From contig JAFUBX010000014.1 in the NCBI GenBank assembly GCA_017459985.1, forward strand, positions 535-64,534: DNA of 64,000 nt, read 5' to 3'. Of the stretch, positions 54,771 through 64,000 are shown piece by piece (position 1 is the first letter of the stretch; every line of letters starts with the position of its first letter). The notes under the pieces were generated by a model. That model saw nothing but the letters and a program-made list of their open reading frames with translations. It was not told the DNA's origin and did no database searches. The translations under genes and the position numbers were made by a program. Source of the DNA: Parasporobacterium sp. GTDB taxonomy: Bacteria; Bacillota; Clostridia; Lachnospirales; Lachnospiraceae.

Positions 54771-55958
54771 ATGGCCGGTATGTTACTGATCAAATATTCC
54801 GAGATCGGAGTGAAGGGCAAAAACCGCTATGTATTCGAAGATATGCTGGTGCGGAATATCAAAAGCGCCCTGAAACCCCTGGATCATCCCTGCGATGTGC
54901 GCAAGGCGGACGGAAGAGTATATATTTCTTATGAGGAAGAGGATTATGAAGAGGCGTTGGAAGCGCTGTCCAAAGTCTTCGGCATCGCCTGGATCTGTCC
55001 GGTAACCCAGATCCGGCCGGTGGGGATCGAAGAGCTGAAGGAACAGGTCGTTCAGTTTGTCCGGGACACCTATTTTTCCAAAGGGGAACCGGAGCCTTTT
55101 TCCTTCAAAGTGAACTGCCGGCGGGCGGAGAAAAGCTATCCGCTGAATTCCATGGAGGTCAATATGCTGGCGGGAGAGGCTGTGCTGGAAGCATTTCCGC
55201 AGCTTACGGTGGATGTCCATCATCCGGACGTGATGCTGAATATCGAGATCCGCCCGAAGGACATCAATCTGTATTCTGTCTCCATCGAGGGACTGAACGG
55301 AATGCCGGTGGGGTCCTCGGGGAAAGCCATGCTTCTGCTTTCCGGCGGAATCGACAGCCCGGTGGCGGGGTATCTGATCTCCAAACGGGGCGTCAGCCTG
55401 GACGCGGTGTATTTTCATGCTCCGCCCTATACCTCGGAACGGGCAAAACAAAAAGTCGTTGATCTGGCGAAGATCATTTCCGCCTATACAGGACCTGTAA
55501 AGCTTCATATTGTGAATTTTACAGAGATCCAGATGAAGATCTATGAGGTCTGCCCCCATGATGAGCTGACGATCATCATGCGCCGGTACATGATGAAGAT
55601 CGCCCAGGAACTGGCGGAAAAAGAAGGCTGTCTGGGGCTGGTCACCGGAGAGAGTATCGGCCAGGTCGCCAGCCAGACCATGCAGAGCATGCTGGTGACC
55701 AATGAAGTATGCCATCTTCCGGTTTACCGTCCGCTGTGCGCCTTTGACAAGCTGGATATCGTGGCGATCTCGGAAAAGATCGGGGCCTATGAGACTTCGA
55801 TCCTTCCCTATGAGGACTGCTGCACGATCTTTGTGGCCAAACATCCGGTGACCAAACCGAAGCTCGACCGGATCCTCCGGTCCGAACGGAAACTGGAAGG
55901 TGTGATGAAGGAACTCTATCAGAAAGCGATGGAGACCGTTGAAGTGATCGAGATCTGA
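54771..55958 (+). CDS. thiI: tRNA 4-thiouridine(8) synthase ThiI (no rhodanese domain)
   Basis: LLIKYSEIGVKGKNR (THUMP region) and PP-loop LLSGGIDSPVA. Confidence 0.9.
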   Translation: MAGMLLIKYSEIGVKGKNRYVFEDMLVRNIKSALKPLDHPCDVRKADGRVYISYEEEDYEEALEALSKVFGIAWICPVTQIRPVGIEELKEQVVQFVRDTYFSKGEPEPFSFKVNCRRAEKSYPLNSMEVNMLAGEAVLEAFPQLTVDVHHPDVMLNIEIRPKDINLYSVSIEGLNGMPVGSSGKAMLLLSGGIDSPVAGYLISKRGVSLDAVYFHAPPYTSERAKQKVVDLAKIISAYTGPVKLHIVNFTEIQMKIYEVCPHDELTIIMRRYMMKIAQELAEKEGCLGLVTGESIGQVASQTMQSMLVTNEVCHLPVYRPLCAFDKLDIVAISEKIGAYETSILPYEDCCTIFVAKHPVTKPKLDRILRSERKLEGVMKELYQKAMETVEVIEI

Positions 55959-55965
55959 GAACAGG

Positions 55966-57291
55966 ATGAAAGCAGCGTTTCACACCTTAGGGTGCAAGAC
56001 AAATGCATATGAGACCCAGGCGGTAAAGGAACAGTTCCTGAAGGCCGGATATGAGATCGGGGATTTCTCGGAATCCTGCGATGTCTATGTGATCAATACC
56101 TGCGCCGTGACAAAGGAAGCTGCCCGCAAGTCCCGGCAGATGGCCGGGCGCTGTAAAAGAAAGAATCCGGACGCTTTCGTCGTGGTCACAGGCTGCTATG
56201 CCCAGGAGGCCGGGGAGGAACTGCTGTCAGAGACCATGGCGGATCTGGTGGTGGGAAACAGTGAAAAGAGCCGGATCGTCTCTCTGGTCCAGGAGAACCT
56301 TCCCGGGGGGCTTTATGTCCGGGATCTGAGGAACAGCCGGGACTATGAAACCCAGGAAATTTCGGAGCAGGAGGGGCACGTGCGGGCCTATGTCAAGATC
56401 CAGGACGGATGCGACCGGTTCTGTACCTACTGCCTGATCCCGTATCTTCGGGGCCGGTCCCGAAGCAGAGGATATGCACAGATCCTGAAGGAGTGCCAAA
56501 GACTTGCCTCTGCCGGTTATCAGGAGATCGTTCTGACCGGGATCGATATCAGCAGTTTCCGGATCACTGATCCGGAAGAATCCCTTCCGGGGCCGGGGCG
56601 GGATCTTGCCCGGCTGATTTCACAGATTGAAAGAATCGGAGGGATCCGGAGGATCCGCCTGGGCTCCCTGGAAGCCGGGATCATTTCCGAAGAGCTGATT
56701 CAGAGCCTGAAGGAGGCAGAGAAATTCTGTCCGCAGTTTCATCTCTCTTTACAGAGCGGATGCGACAGTGTCCTTCGCCGGATGAACCGGCATTATACCA
56801 CGAAGGAGTATGAACAAACGGTCGGGAAGATCCGGGAGATTTTCCCGGAGGCGGCAGTCACGACGGATATCATCACCGGATTTCCCGGAGAGAGCGAAGA
56901 AGAGTTCGCAGAGACGGTGGCATTTGCGGAGCGGATCGGGTTTTCCCGGCTTCACGTATTTCCCTATTCCCGGCGGGAAGGAACCCGGGCAGACCGGATG
57001 CCGGATCAGCTTTCGAAGGCCGTGAAGGAAGACCGGGCCGCACGGCTGATCGCAGTCGGCGAGGTTCTTCGAAAACGGTATGAAACCCGTCTGATCGGAA
57101 AGAAATGCGAGATCCTTGCGGAAGAATGCATCTGCCGGGACGAAGGCTGTTTTATTGCCGGCTATACCCCGGAATATGTGCGGGTGCTGATCCCGGCAGA
57201 GCAGGAGCATCCGGAGCGCCTGGTCAATCAGATTCTTGAGGTGATTCCGACAGATTACCGGGACGGAACCCTTTTTGGCCGAAAACCCTGA
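55966..57291 (+). CDS. mtaB: tRNA methylthiotransferase, MtaB-like radical SAM enzyme
   Basis: HTLGCKTNAYE N-terminal domain, radical SAM CDRFCTYC, C-terminal TRAM-like region. Synteny with prmA. Confidence 0.85.
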   Translation: MKAAFHTLGCKTNAYETQAVKEQFLKAGYEIGDFSESCDVYVINTCAVTKEAARKSRQMAGRCKRKNPDAFVVVTGCYAQEAGEELLSETMADLVVGNSEKSRIVSLVQENLPGGLYVRDLRNSRDYETQEISEQEGHVRAYVKIQDGCDRFCTYCLIPYLRGRSRSRGYAQILKECQRLASAGYQEIVLTGIDISSFRITDPEESLPGPGRDLARLISQIERIGGIRRIRLGSLEAGIISEELIQSLKEAEKFCPQFHLSLQSGCDSVLRRMNRHYTTKEYEQTVGKIREIFPEAAVTTDIITGFPGESEEEFAETVAFAERIGFSRLHVFPYSRREGTRADRMPDQLSKAVKEDRAARLIAVGEVLRKRYETRLIGKKCEILAEECICRDEGCFIAGYTPEYVRVLIPAEQEHPERLVNQILEVIPTDYRDGTLFGRKP

Positions 57292-57329
57292 CGGATCCCT
57301 GAAAAAAAGCGACTTTTCATGCAGATTGC

Positions 57330-57358
57330 TTGCAACAACAGGGAATTTGGGGTAAAAT
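57330..57358 (+). promoter_or_regulatory. Sigma-A promoter positioned to start transcription at or next to the ireB start codon
   Basis: TTGCAA (57330-57335), 17-nt spacer, TAAAAT (57353-57358). The ATG is at 57365, with no SD sequence in between. Confidence 0.45.
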
Positions 57359-57364
57359 CACCGC

Positions 57365-57631
57365 ATGGCCAATAATAATTTACATTTAACACAACATTAT
57401 AGTATTCCAAAGGAAGAACTTCTCACCACGGAGAAGATCTTTGCCCGTGTTTATGATGCCCTTGCGGAGAAGGGGTATGATCCGGTCAATCAGATCGTCG
57501 GTTATATCATGTCCGGAGATCCCACCTATATCACCAGCCATAATAATGCAAGAGGAATCATTGCCAAGGTGGAACGGGATGAGCTGATCGAGGAGGCTGT
57601 CCGGTTTTATATTGAACATAAGCTGAAATAG
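57365..57631 (+). CDS. ireB: IreB-family regulatory phosphoprotein (UPF0297 / YrzL)
   Basis: [35 protein letters not shown] is the family signature. Followed by ruvX. Confidence 0.8.
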   Translation: MANNNLHLTQHYSIPKEELLTTEKIFARVYDALAEKGYDPVNQIVGYIMSGDPTYITSHNNARGIIAKVERDELIEEAVRFYIEHKLK

Positions 57632-57635
57632 GTGC

Positions 57636-58079
57636 ATGCTCATGAGAGTCATGGGACTTGATTACGGGTCAAAGACCGTGGGGGTGGCCCTGACCGACCC
57701 CCTCGGACTGACTGTTCAGCCTTTGGAAACCATCACCAGAGATTCTGAAAATAAGCTTCGGAGAACGCTTGCCCGTCTGGAAGAGATCGTAACAGAATAC
57801 CAGGTGGGCAGTATCATTTTGGGTTATCCTCTGAACATGGATGACTCTGTCGGCGAACGCGCACAAAAAACGCAGGAATTTAAGATCAAACTTGAAAAAA
57901 GACTGGGCCGGCCTGTCATTTTGCAGGACGAAAGGCTCACCACTGCTGCTGCGGATGAAAATCTGCAGGAGATGAACGTGCCGAAATCGGAGCGGAAGAA
58001 ATACATTGATCAGCTGGCGGCAGCCTTTATTCTGGAGGATTATCTGGCCGGCGGACGGACCCCCGGGAAGGAGAAATGA
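57636..58079 (+). CDS. ruvX: Putative pre-16S rRNA nuclease / Holliday junction resolvase-like YqgF (RuvX)
   Basis: MRVMGLDYGSKTVGVALTD.... The start could be 57642. Confidence 0.85.
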   Translation: MLMRVMGLDYGSKTVGVALTDPLGLTVQPLETITRDSENKLRRTLARLEEIVTEYQVGSIILGYPLNMDDSVGERAQKTQEFKIKLEKRLGRPVILQDERLTTAAADENLQEMNVPKSERKKYIDQLAAAFILEDYLAGGRTPGKEK

Positions 58080-58080
58080 C

Positions 58081-58350
58081 ATGGAAGAGAACGGTAAAAT
58101 TGTATTAAAGGATGAGAACGGACAGGAAGATGTCTATTATATCGTGGAAGAAACAAAACTCGGAAATACCCAGTACATCATGGTGACGGATACTCCGGAC
58201 GGAGAGGAAGACGCGGACGCCTATATCCTGAAGGATGTGTCGGAACCGGAAGCCGAAGAGGCGGTGTACGAATTTGTGGAGGACGACAGGGAACTGGAAG
58301 CGATCGCAGGCGTATTTGCGGAGCTTTTAGAGGATGTTGATCTCCGGTAA
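58081..58350 (+). CDS. DUF1292 (UPF0473 / YrzB-like) protein
   Basis: ORF 58006..58350. Preferred start is 58081 (MEENGKIVLKDENGQEDVYYIVEE...), 1 nt after the ruvX stop. Confidence 0.75.
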   Translation: MEENGKIVLKDENGQEDVYYIVEETKLGNTQYIMVTDTPDGEEDADAYILKDVSEPEAEEAVYEFVEDDRELEAIAGVFAELLEDVDLR

Positions 58351-58370
58351 GGAAGTAATACAGGAGACAT

Positions 58371-60080
58371 ATGACAGAGAAGAAGACAAAGAAGACAACA
58401 AAGAAAGAAACAAAAAAAGTAACAAAGAAGCCGGACCAGGTCCGGATCATTCCTCTCGGAGGAATGGATTATATCGGAATGAACATGACCGCCATTGAAT
58501 ATGGGGATTCCATTATCGTGGTGGACTGCGGAATGGCATTCGCGGATGATTCCCTGCTGGGGATCGATCTGATCATCCCGGATGTTTCCTATCTGAAACA
58601 GAACAAACAGAAGGTCAAAGGATTTTATATTACCCACGGCCATGAAGATCATATCGGGGCCGTTCCCTATATTCTGAAGGAGGTGAATGCCCCGATCTAC
58701 GGGACCAAGCTGTCCATCGCGTTGATCCGGAAGAAACTGGCGGAACACAAAATGGAACAGACGGTCAGGATGAAAGTGGTGGATTACGGCGAGAAGCTGA
58801 AGGCCGGCCAGTTCAGCATTGAATTCATCCGGACCAATCACAGCATTTCCGATGCGGCCGCCCTTGCCATCAGCTGTCCGGCGGGGATTATCGTTCATAC
58901 CGGAGATTTCAAGGTGGACTATACCCCGGTTTACGGAGACGCCATTGATCTGTGGAGACTGGCGGAACTGGGAAGGAAAGGGATCCTGGCGGTCATGAGC
59001 GATTCCACCAACGCCATGCGGCAGGGTTATACCATGTCGGAGAAGACGGTGGGTGAGACCTTTGACATGCTGTTCGCCAAACACAGCAAAAGCCGGATCA
59101 TCGTTGCGACCTTCGCGTCCAATGTGGACCGGGTGCAGCAGGTGATCAATACCGCATGCAAATACAAACGCAAGGTGATCCTGGAGGGACGTTCCATGGT
59201 CAATGTCATTGAGACAGCCCAGGAACTCGGTTATATCTCCGTACCCGCCAATACGCTGATCTCAGTGGATGAAATGAAAAATTACCCGGACAATAAGCTT
59301 ACGATCATCACCACCGGCAGCCAGGGAGAACCGATGGCAGCCCTGTCCAGGATGGCCTATAAAAACCACAAAAAGATCGAGATCCAGCAGGGAGACGCCA
59401 TTATTTTCTCTTCCTCCGCGATCCCGGGAAATGAGAAAGCGATTTCCAATATCATGAATGAGATCGCCCAGATGGGGGCCAAGGTCATTTTCCAGCAGAC
59501 CCATGTGTCCGGACATGCCTGTTCGGAGGAGATCAAGCTGATCTATTCCCTCCTGAAGCCCCGGTATGTTATTCCGTCCCACGGAGAGTTCCGGCAGCGG
59601 GCCGCCAACCGGTCCATCGCCCTGGATATGGGGTACAACAGCAAGGACGTCATTATGGCGGAGACCGGCGACATCATTGAACTGTCGGAAAAGTCTGCCC
59701 GGAAGGTGGGAACGGTACAGGCCGGCGGTATCTATGTGGACAATTCCGGCGTGGAAGATGTGGGAAGAACGGTGATCCAGGACAGAAAGGATCTGTCGGA
59801 GAGAGGCGTTCTGATCGTGTCTGTCTGTATTGATAAGGAGAACAACTTCATCGTTTCCGGTCCGGAGGTATTTACCCGGGGCTGGGTCTACGACGGGGAT
59901 CTGGATATTATCCTTGATGAAATAAAGAAAATCATCTATAATAACCTGATAGACTATCTTGATAAGAATCGTTACAGCAGAGGCAAAGCCAAAATGGTGA
60001 TCGGAGATTCCGTACGCAGATATACCCGGGTACAGGATCGGAAAGGTCCTATGGTTCTGCCGTTTATTTTGGAAGTGTAA
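58371..60080 (+). CDS. rnj: Ribonuclease J
   Basis: Metallo-beta-lactamase/beta-CASP with ITHGHEDHIGA, 569 aa, Lys-rich N-terminal tag. Confidence 0.92.
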   Translation: MTEKKTKKTTKKETKKVTKKPDQVRIIPLGGMDYIGMNMTAIEYGDSIIVVDCGMAFADDSLLGIDLIIPDVSYLKQNKQKVKGFYITHGHEDHIGAVPYILKEVNAPIYGTKLSIALIRKKLAEHKMEQTVRMKVVDYGEKLKAGQFSIEFIRTNHSISDAAALAISCPAGIIVHTGDFKVDYTPVYGDAIDLWRLAELGRKGILAVMSDSTNAMRQGYTMSEKTVGETFDMLFAKHSKSRIIVATFASNVDRVQQVINTACKYKRKVILEGRSMVNVIETAQELGYISVPANTLISVDEMKNYPDNKLTIITTGSQGEPMAALSRMAYKNHKKIEIQQGDAIIFSSSAIPGNEKAISNIMNEIAQMGAKVIFQQTHVSGHACSEEIKLIYSLLKPRYVIPSHGEFRQRAANRSIALDMGYNSKDVIMAETGDIIELSEKSARKVGTVQAGGIYVDNSGVEDVGRTVIQDRKDLSERGVLIVSVCIDKENNFIVSGPEVFTRGWVYDGDLDIILDEIKKIIYNNLIDYLDKNRYSRGKAKMVIGDSVRRYTRVQDRKGPMVLPFILEV

Positions 60081-60117
60081 CCTTAAGATCCGGAGGATCT
60101 TCGGGTCAGGATTGCTT

Positions 60118-61425
60118 ATGGAAGAAACCAGGAATCACGCAGACAGGAAAAGCCAGGGGACAGGAAGATCCCGGATCGTGGATATGAGCTGGGCAGCAAA
60201 GTATCTGGACGATGATTGGGAGAACCGCTACGCAGCCGAGGGAATCTATGATACCCGGGTAGCGCTTCCGTCCGCCGGCAAAAAAGACAGAAATAAGGAA
60301 CCGGAGGGGACAAAAACCAGGTTTTTGTCTGATACTCAGAGATTCCGGCTCCTGGGAGAGAACGGGGAAACGGAGGATCCGTCGGACGGGGATGTCAAGA
60401 TCCGGGACGCGGTGACAGACGAGACCATCGCAACTCCCAAGTCCATCCGTTCCATGCGAAGCGCCATGTTTACCATTGGCGGGATGGAGGAGGATCTGGA
60501 CGAACTGTCCCGTATCCGGGATGCCAGGAATTTTATTCCGGCTGCACCATCCCGGGAAACGAAAGAACCGGAGCCCGTCAAGACGGAGCCGGAGGCTGCC
60601 GCGAAGGCCGTTTCTTCATCAGGAACACCGGACGCTTCGGCGTCCCCGTCACCGGAGAGTACGATCATACGGCCACGGGAACTGTTTCAGATCGACGAAG
60701 AGTTTGAGCATGCCGGGATGACGCCTGCCGCGAATCCGGGCAAAACCATTGTTGCTTCCGAGGATGTCCGGGGCATCCGGAAGGCGGTCTCTAAGATCGA
60801 ACCGAAGGCAGAACCGGAGATAGAACCTGAGATAGAGCCGGAGATCGAACTTCAGATTGAGACCGGCAGGGAATCCAAAAGCCGGCAGTCCTCCCGAGCG
60901 AGGCGTTCGGCCACGAAGAGAAGCTCCGACGCAGCGTCTGTCCGCGCTTCCCGTCAGAGCCGCAGGAAGCAGGCGGAGCCCCGGAGAAAACCGGAACGCT
61001 CTTCCGGAAAACGGGGGCACCGGGCGGATTATTATGAAGCGCAGTATGAAAGCCGCGGCCGCAGCGAGAGGTATTATGAAGGCTATCTGCCCACCAAGAG
61101 TCCTCTGCGGTTTATCCCCCTGGTACTGGTAATCGCGATCTGTGTGTTCGGATTTATCGCGGCGAAGGAGATCTGCTATGATGTGCCGGTGAATGCCAGC
61201 GATTATTCCAAGGTGAAATACACCGTGACCGCGGGGCTGACGGACGAACAGCTGGCCCAGGATCTGGAAAGCCTGGGGCTGATCAATAACCCTCTGATCT
61301 TCCGGCTGAGATGCAAATTCTATTCTGCGGATTATGTGGAGGGAACCTATGAACTGAGCCCCTGTTACAGCACGGAAAAGATGATTAACATTCTGTCGGG
61401 CTACACCTACGGAAGCGAGGACTGA
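60118..61425 (+). CDS. Membrane protein with a long disordered cytoplasmic N-terminus and only the N-terminal lobe of a YceG/MltG-like domain
   Basis: Single TM (FIPLVLVIAICVFGFIAA), then ...VTAGLTDEQLAQDLESLGLINNPLIFRL...GTYELSP...MINIL, and the protein ends there. Occupies the mltG (yrrL) position before the O-methyltransferase/U32 genes. Confidence 0.5.
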   Translation: MEETRNHADRKSQGTGRSRIVDMSWAAKYLDDDWENRYAAEGIYDTRVALPSAGKKDRNKEPEGTKTRFLSDTQRFRLLGENGETEDPSDGDVKIRDAVTDETIATPKSIRSMRSAMFTIGGMEEDLDELSRIRDARNFIPAAPSRETKEPEPVKTEPEAAAKAVSSSGTPDASASPSPESTIIRPRELFQIDEEFEHAGMTPAANPGKTIVASEDVRGIRKAVSKIEPKAEPEIEPEIEPEIELQIETGRESKSRQSSRARRSATKRSSDAASVRASRQSRRKQAEPRRKPERSSGKRGHRADYYEAQYESRGRSERYYEGYLPTKSPLRFIPLVLVIAICVFGFIAAKEICYDVPVNASDYSKVKYTVTAGLTDEQLAQDLESLGLINNPLIFRLRCKFYSADYVEGTYELSPCYSTEKMINILSGYTYGSED

Positions 61426-61443
61426 CAGAAACAGGGAACCAGA

Positions 61444-62148
61444 ATGACACAAAGGATTGCATCCCGCAGCTTTAGAGCTGCCATGCAATCCTTCTTTATA
61501 GAAATGATTGTTGAACCCAATATTACAACCTATCTGTATTCCATTGAACCGGACGGACCGGAGGATCTGGAACAGCTGCGCAGCTATGCGCTCAGCCGGG
61601 GAGTGCCGATCATCCGACGGGAGATGGAACCGTTTCTGAAGGTGCTGCTGAAGAGCAGCTGCCCCGGGACGATCCTGGAGATCGGGACCGGGATCGGATA
61701 CTCCGCGCTGTTTATGAACCGCATTGTGCCGAAAGCCCGGATCACGACCATTGAGAATTATGAGCCCCGGCTGGAGGAAGCCCGGAAGGTTCTTCATCCG
61801 GAACCGAATATCGAACTGCTGGAAGGGGACGGGGTACAGATCCTGACCAGGCTTACGGGTCCCTATGACCTGATCTTCCTGGACAGCGCCAAGGGACAGT
61901 ATCTGACCATGCTGCCGGATCTGATCCGGGTGCTTTCCGAAGGAGGGATCCTGCTGGCGGACAATGTGCTGCAGGACGGGGAACTGGTTAAATCAAGATA
62001 TCTCATTCCCCGCAGACAGCGGACGATTCATTCCCGGATGCGTCAGTTCGTCTGGGAGGTCAAGCATCATCCGGAGCTGGACAGTGCCTTGCTTACGGTG
62101 GGGGATGGGGTGATGCTGTGCAGGAAGAAGGGAAAGGAAGAACGTTGA
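61444..62148 (+). CDS. Class I SAM-dependent O-methyltransferase (YrrM/TrmR-like)
   Basis: ILEIGTGIGYSALF SAM motif and DLIFLDSAK. Followed by a U32 peptidase-family gene. Start uncertain (61444, 61483 or 61504). Confidence 0.8.
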   Translation: MTQRIASRSFRAAMQSFFIEMIVEPNITTYLYSIEPDGPEDLEQLRSYALSRGVPIIRREMEPFLKVLLKSSCPGTILEIGTGIGYSALFMNRIVPKARITTIENYEPRLEEARKVLHPEPNIELLEGDGVQILTRLTGPYDLIFLDSAKGQYLTMLPDLIRVLSEGGILLADNVLQDGELVKSRYLIPRRQRTIHSRMRQFVWEVKHHPELDSALLTVGDGVMLCRKKGKEER

Positions 62149-62153
62149 AATCC

Positions 62154-63404
62154 ATGATAAGAAAGAAACCGGAGCTTCTGATGCCGGCGGGATCTCTGGC
62201 GGTGCTGAAGGTCGCCGTGATCTATGGCGCGGATGCGGTCTATATCGGCGGGGAAGCATTTTCCCTCCGGGCGAATGCCCATAATTTCTCCCTTCCGGAG
62301 ATGAAGGAGGGGATCCGGTTCGCCCATGAGCATAATGTCAGGGTCTATGTGACCGCCAATATCATCGCCCATAACCGGGATCTTCAGGAGGCGGAGGCTT
62401 ATTTTGAGGAGCTGAAGGAGATCGGACCGGATGCGCTGATCATATCGGATCCGGGGATTTTTGATCTGGCAAGGCGGATCCTTCCGGATACAGACATCCA
62501 CATCAGCACCCAGGCCAACAGTACCAATTACGGGGATTTTAATTTCTGGCACCGTCTGGGAGCATCCCGGGCGGTAAGCTCCCGGGAACTGTCCCTTGCA
62601 GAGCTCCGGGAACTGCGGGAGCGGATCCCGGAAGAGATGGAACTGGAAACCTTTGTTCACGGGGCCATGTGCATTTCTTATTCCGGGAGGTGTCTGATGT
62701 CTGCCTACATGACCGGGAGAAGCGCCAATATGGGGGACTGCACCCATCCCTGCAGATGGAAATATACTGTGATGGAGGAGACCCGGCCGGGCCAGTATAT
62801 GCCGGTGGAGGAGAACGAACGGGGGACCTTCCTGTTCAATTCCAAAGATCTGTGCATGATCGAACATATTCCGGAGCTTCTGGAGGCCGGGATTGACAGC
62901 TTCAAGGTGGAAGGCCGGATGAAAAGCGCTCTGTATGTCGCCACCGTGGCCCGGACCTACCGGATGGCCATCGACGATTGCCTGCGGGATCCGCAGCAGT
63001 ACCGGGAGCGGCTGGATTTTTACCGGGAAGAGATCTCCAAATGCACCTACCGGGAATACACTACCGCGTTTTTCTTCGGAAAACCGGACGAAACCTCCCA
63101 GATTTATAACGCCTCGACCTATGTGAAGGAATGGGTCTATCTGGGAATGGCGGACGAAGACCGGATTTATCGGGATCCTGACGGCACCGTCTTTTACCAG
63201 CTGGAACAGAAAAATAAATTCTCCGTAGGGGAGACGGTGGAGATCATGAAGCCGGACGGAAGAAACATTCATGCCCGGGTACTTCAGATGCTGGACGAAA
63301 ATCTGGAACCCATCGATTCCTGTCCTCATCCGAAGCAGCGCTTCTTCGTGGATCTCGGGGAAGAATTACATACCTATGATATTCTCCGGATCAACCGGAT
63401 TTAA
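62154..63404 (+). CDS. Peptidase U32 family protein (YrrN/YrrO, TrhP-like)
   Basis: ORF 62118..63404. Preferred start is 62154 (MIRKKPELLMPAGSL...). Typical U32 N-terminus and an E..VHGAMCISYSGRC motif. Confidence 0.85.
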   Translation: MIRKKPELLMPAGSLAVLKVAVIYGADAVYIGGEAFSLRANAHNFSLPEMKEGIRFAHEHNVRVYVTANIIAHNRDLQEAEAYFEELKEIGPDALIISDPGIFDLARRILPDTDIHISTQANSTNYGDFNFWHRLGASRAVSSRELSLAELRELRERIPEEMELETFVHGAMCISYSGRCLMSAYMTGRSANMGDCTHPCRWKYTVMEETRPGQYMPVEENERGTFLFNSKDLCMIEHIPELLEAGIDSFKVEGRMKSALYVATVARTYRMAIDDCLRDPQQYRERLDFYREEISKCTYREYTTAFFFGKPDETSQIYNASTYVKEWVYLGMADEDRIYRDPDGTVFYQLEQKNKFSVGETVEIMKPDGRNIHARVLQMLDENLEPIDSCPHPKQRFFVDLGEELHTYDILRINRI

Positions 63405-63456
63405 GGATCCCCCGCAGACACAGGAAAATTGCCGGGATCCGGAAAGGAACTATAAA

Positions 63457-64000
63457 GTGATCAAGCTTGACTGCAGTTTTCAATCAATCATTCTCAGAAC
63501 TCAGGTAAATGTCAAGGTTTACCTGCCCAATCCGGAGGATTTCATGCATCCGGTGACGGATTTTCGGGAGCGGTACACCTTCAAGCCTTTTAAAACTTTA
63601 TTTCTGCTTCACGGGATGATGGACAGCGCCGAACAGTGGGTGGAGAATACCAGTATTACCCGGCTGGCCCAGGAGGAGGGAATCGCGCTGGTGATCCCCT
63701 CCTGCGGGAATAATTTTTATGTAAATACCATCTACGGAGCCCGGTATTCCGATTTTATCACGGAGGAACTGATCGGATTCGTAAGAGGGCTGTTTCCGCT
63801 GTCGGACAAACGAGAGGACAATTATATCTGGGGCATCAGCATGGGAGGTTACGGAGCCCTCAGGCAGGGATTTGTGAACAATTCCCTGTTCTCCAGGGTG
63901 ATCGCCATGTCCCCCACGACGGACATTGAGTTTACCGCAAGATTCGCCCATGCCATGGGGGTGGATCCGTTCCATGTCATCGGTTCCTGGAAGGATCTGC
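63457..64000 (+). CDS. Alpha/beta-hydrolase esterase (esterase D/'putative esterase' family), 3' end beyond the window
   Basis: Absent from the ORF track because it is open at the right edge. GTG 63457 follows GGAAAGGAA. Frame reads ...FKTLFLLHGMMDSAEQW...NYIWGISMGGYGAL... (GxSxG elbow). Confidence 0.7.
   Translation, partial: MIKLDCSFQSIILRTQVNVKVYLPNPEDFMHPVTDFRERYTFKPFKTLFLLHGMMDSAEQWVENTSITRLAQEEGIALVIPSCGNNFYVNTIYGARYSDFITEELIGFVRGLFPLSDKREDNYIWGISMGGYGALRQGFVNNSLFSRVIAMSPTTDIEFTARFAHAMGVDPFHVIGSWKDL

Overview
The window looks like a chromosomal segment from a moderately GC-rich Firmicute of the Clostridia, possibly Lachnospiraceae. Supporting features are a perfect CIRCE operator ahead of hrcA-grpE-dnaK-dnaJ, the prmA / cysteine desulfurase-thiI / mtaB and ireB-ruvX-DUF1292-rnj-mltG-like-O-methyltransferase-U32 blocks, AGGAGG-type RBSs and frequent ATGA start/stop overlaps. 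I found no rRNA, tRNA, CRISPR array, transposase, integrase, prophage or recognisable defence genes. Accessory content, left to right: (i) a LysR-controlled TRAP transporter + FAD reductase + Isf-like flavoprotein + CocE/NonD hydrolase operon. (ii) An MBOAT/DHHW O-acylation pair whose DHHW protein carries a Trp/Asp/Glu repeat tail. (iii) An orphan secreted protein. (iv) A degenerate MocR-type regulator. (v) An AdaA-like/DUF4418/FtsX/ABC operon. (vi) A tightly packed 11-gene operon in which an FTR1/P19/DUF2318/FtsX-ABC iron importer is followed by an FMN-binding lipoprotein, an orphan membrane protein and a complete Sdh/Frd-type complex (4-His cytochrome b, flavoprotein lacking the covalent-FAD histidine, Fe-S subunit). 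Operons (v) and (vi) share a GGTTAGC-type palindrome just downstream of their promoters. (vii) An AT-richer islet with inverted repeats bracketing a ~117-bp hairpin-containing repeat array. (viii) A second SGNH/DUF4358/MBOAT/DHHW cluster and a paralogous FAD reductase with an NAD(P)H/Fe-S module, both lying between dnaJ and prmA. My lead candidate for a new system is the iron importer coupled to the Sdh/Frd-like redox module, read as a possible transmembrane ferric reductase. All family calls come from motifs read by eye, and motif coordinates were hand-counted.
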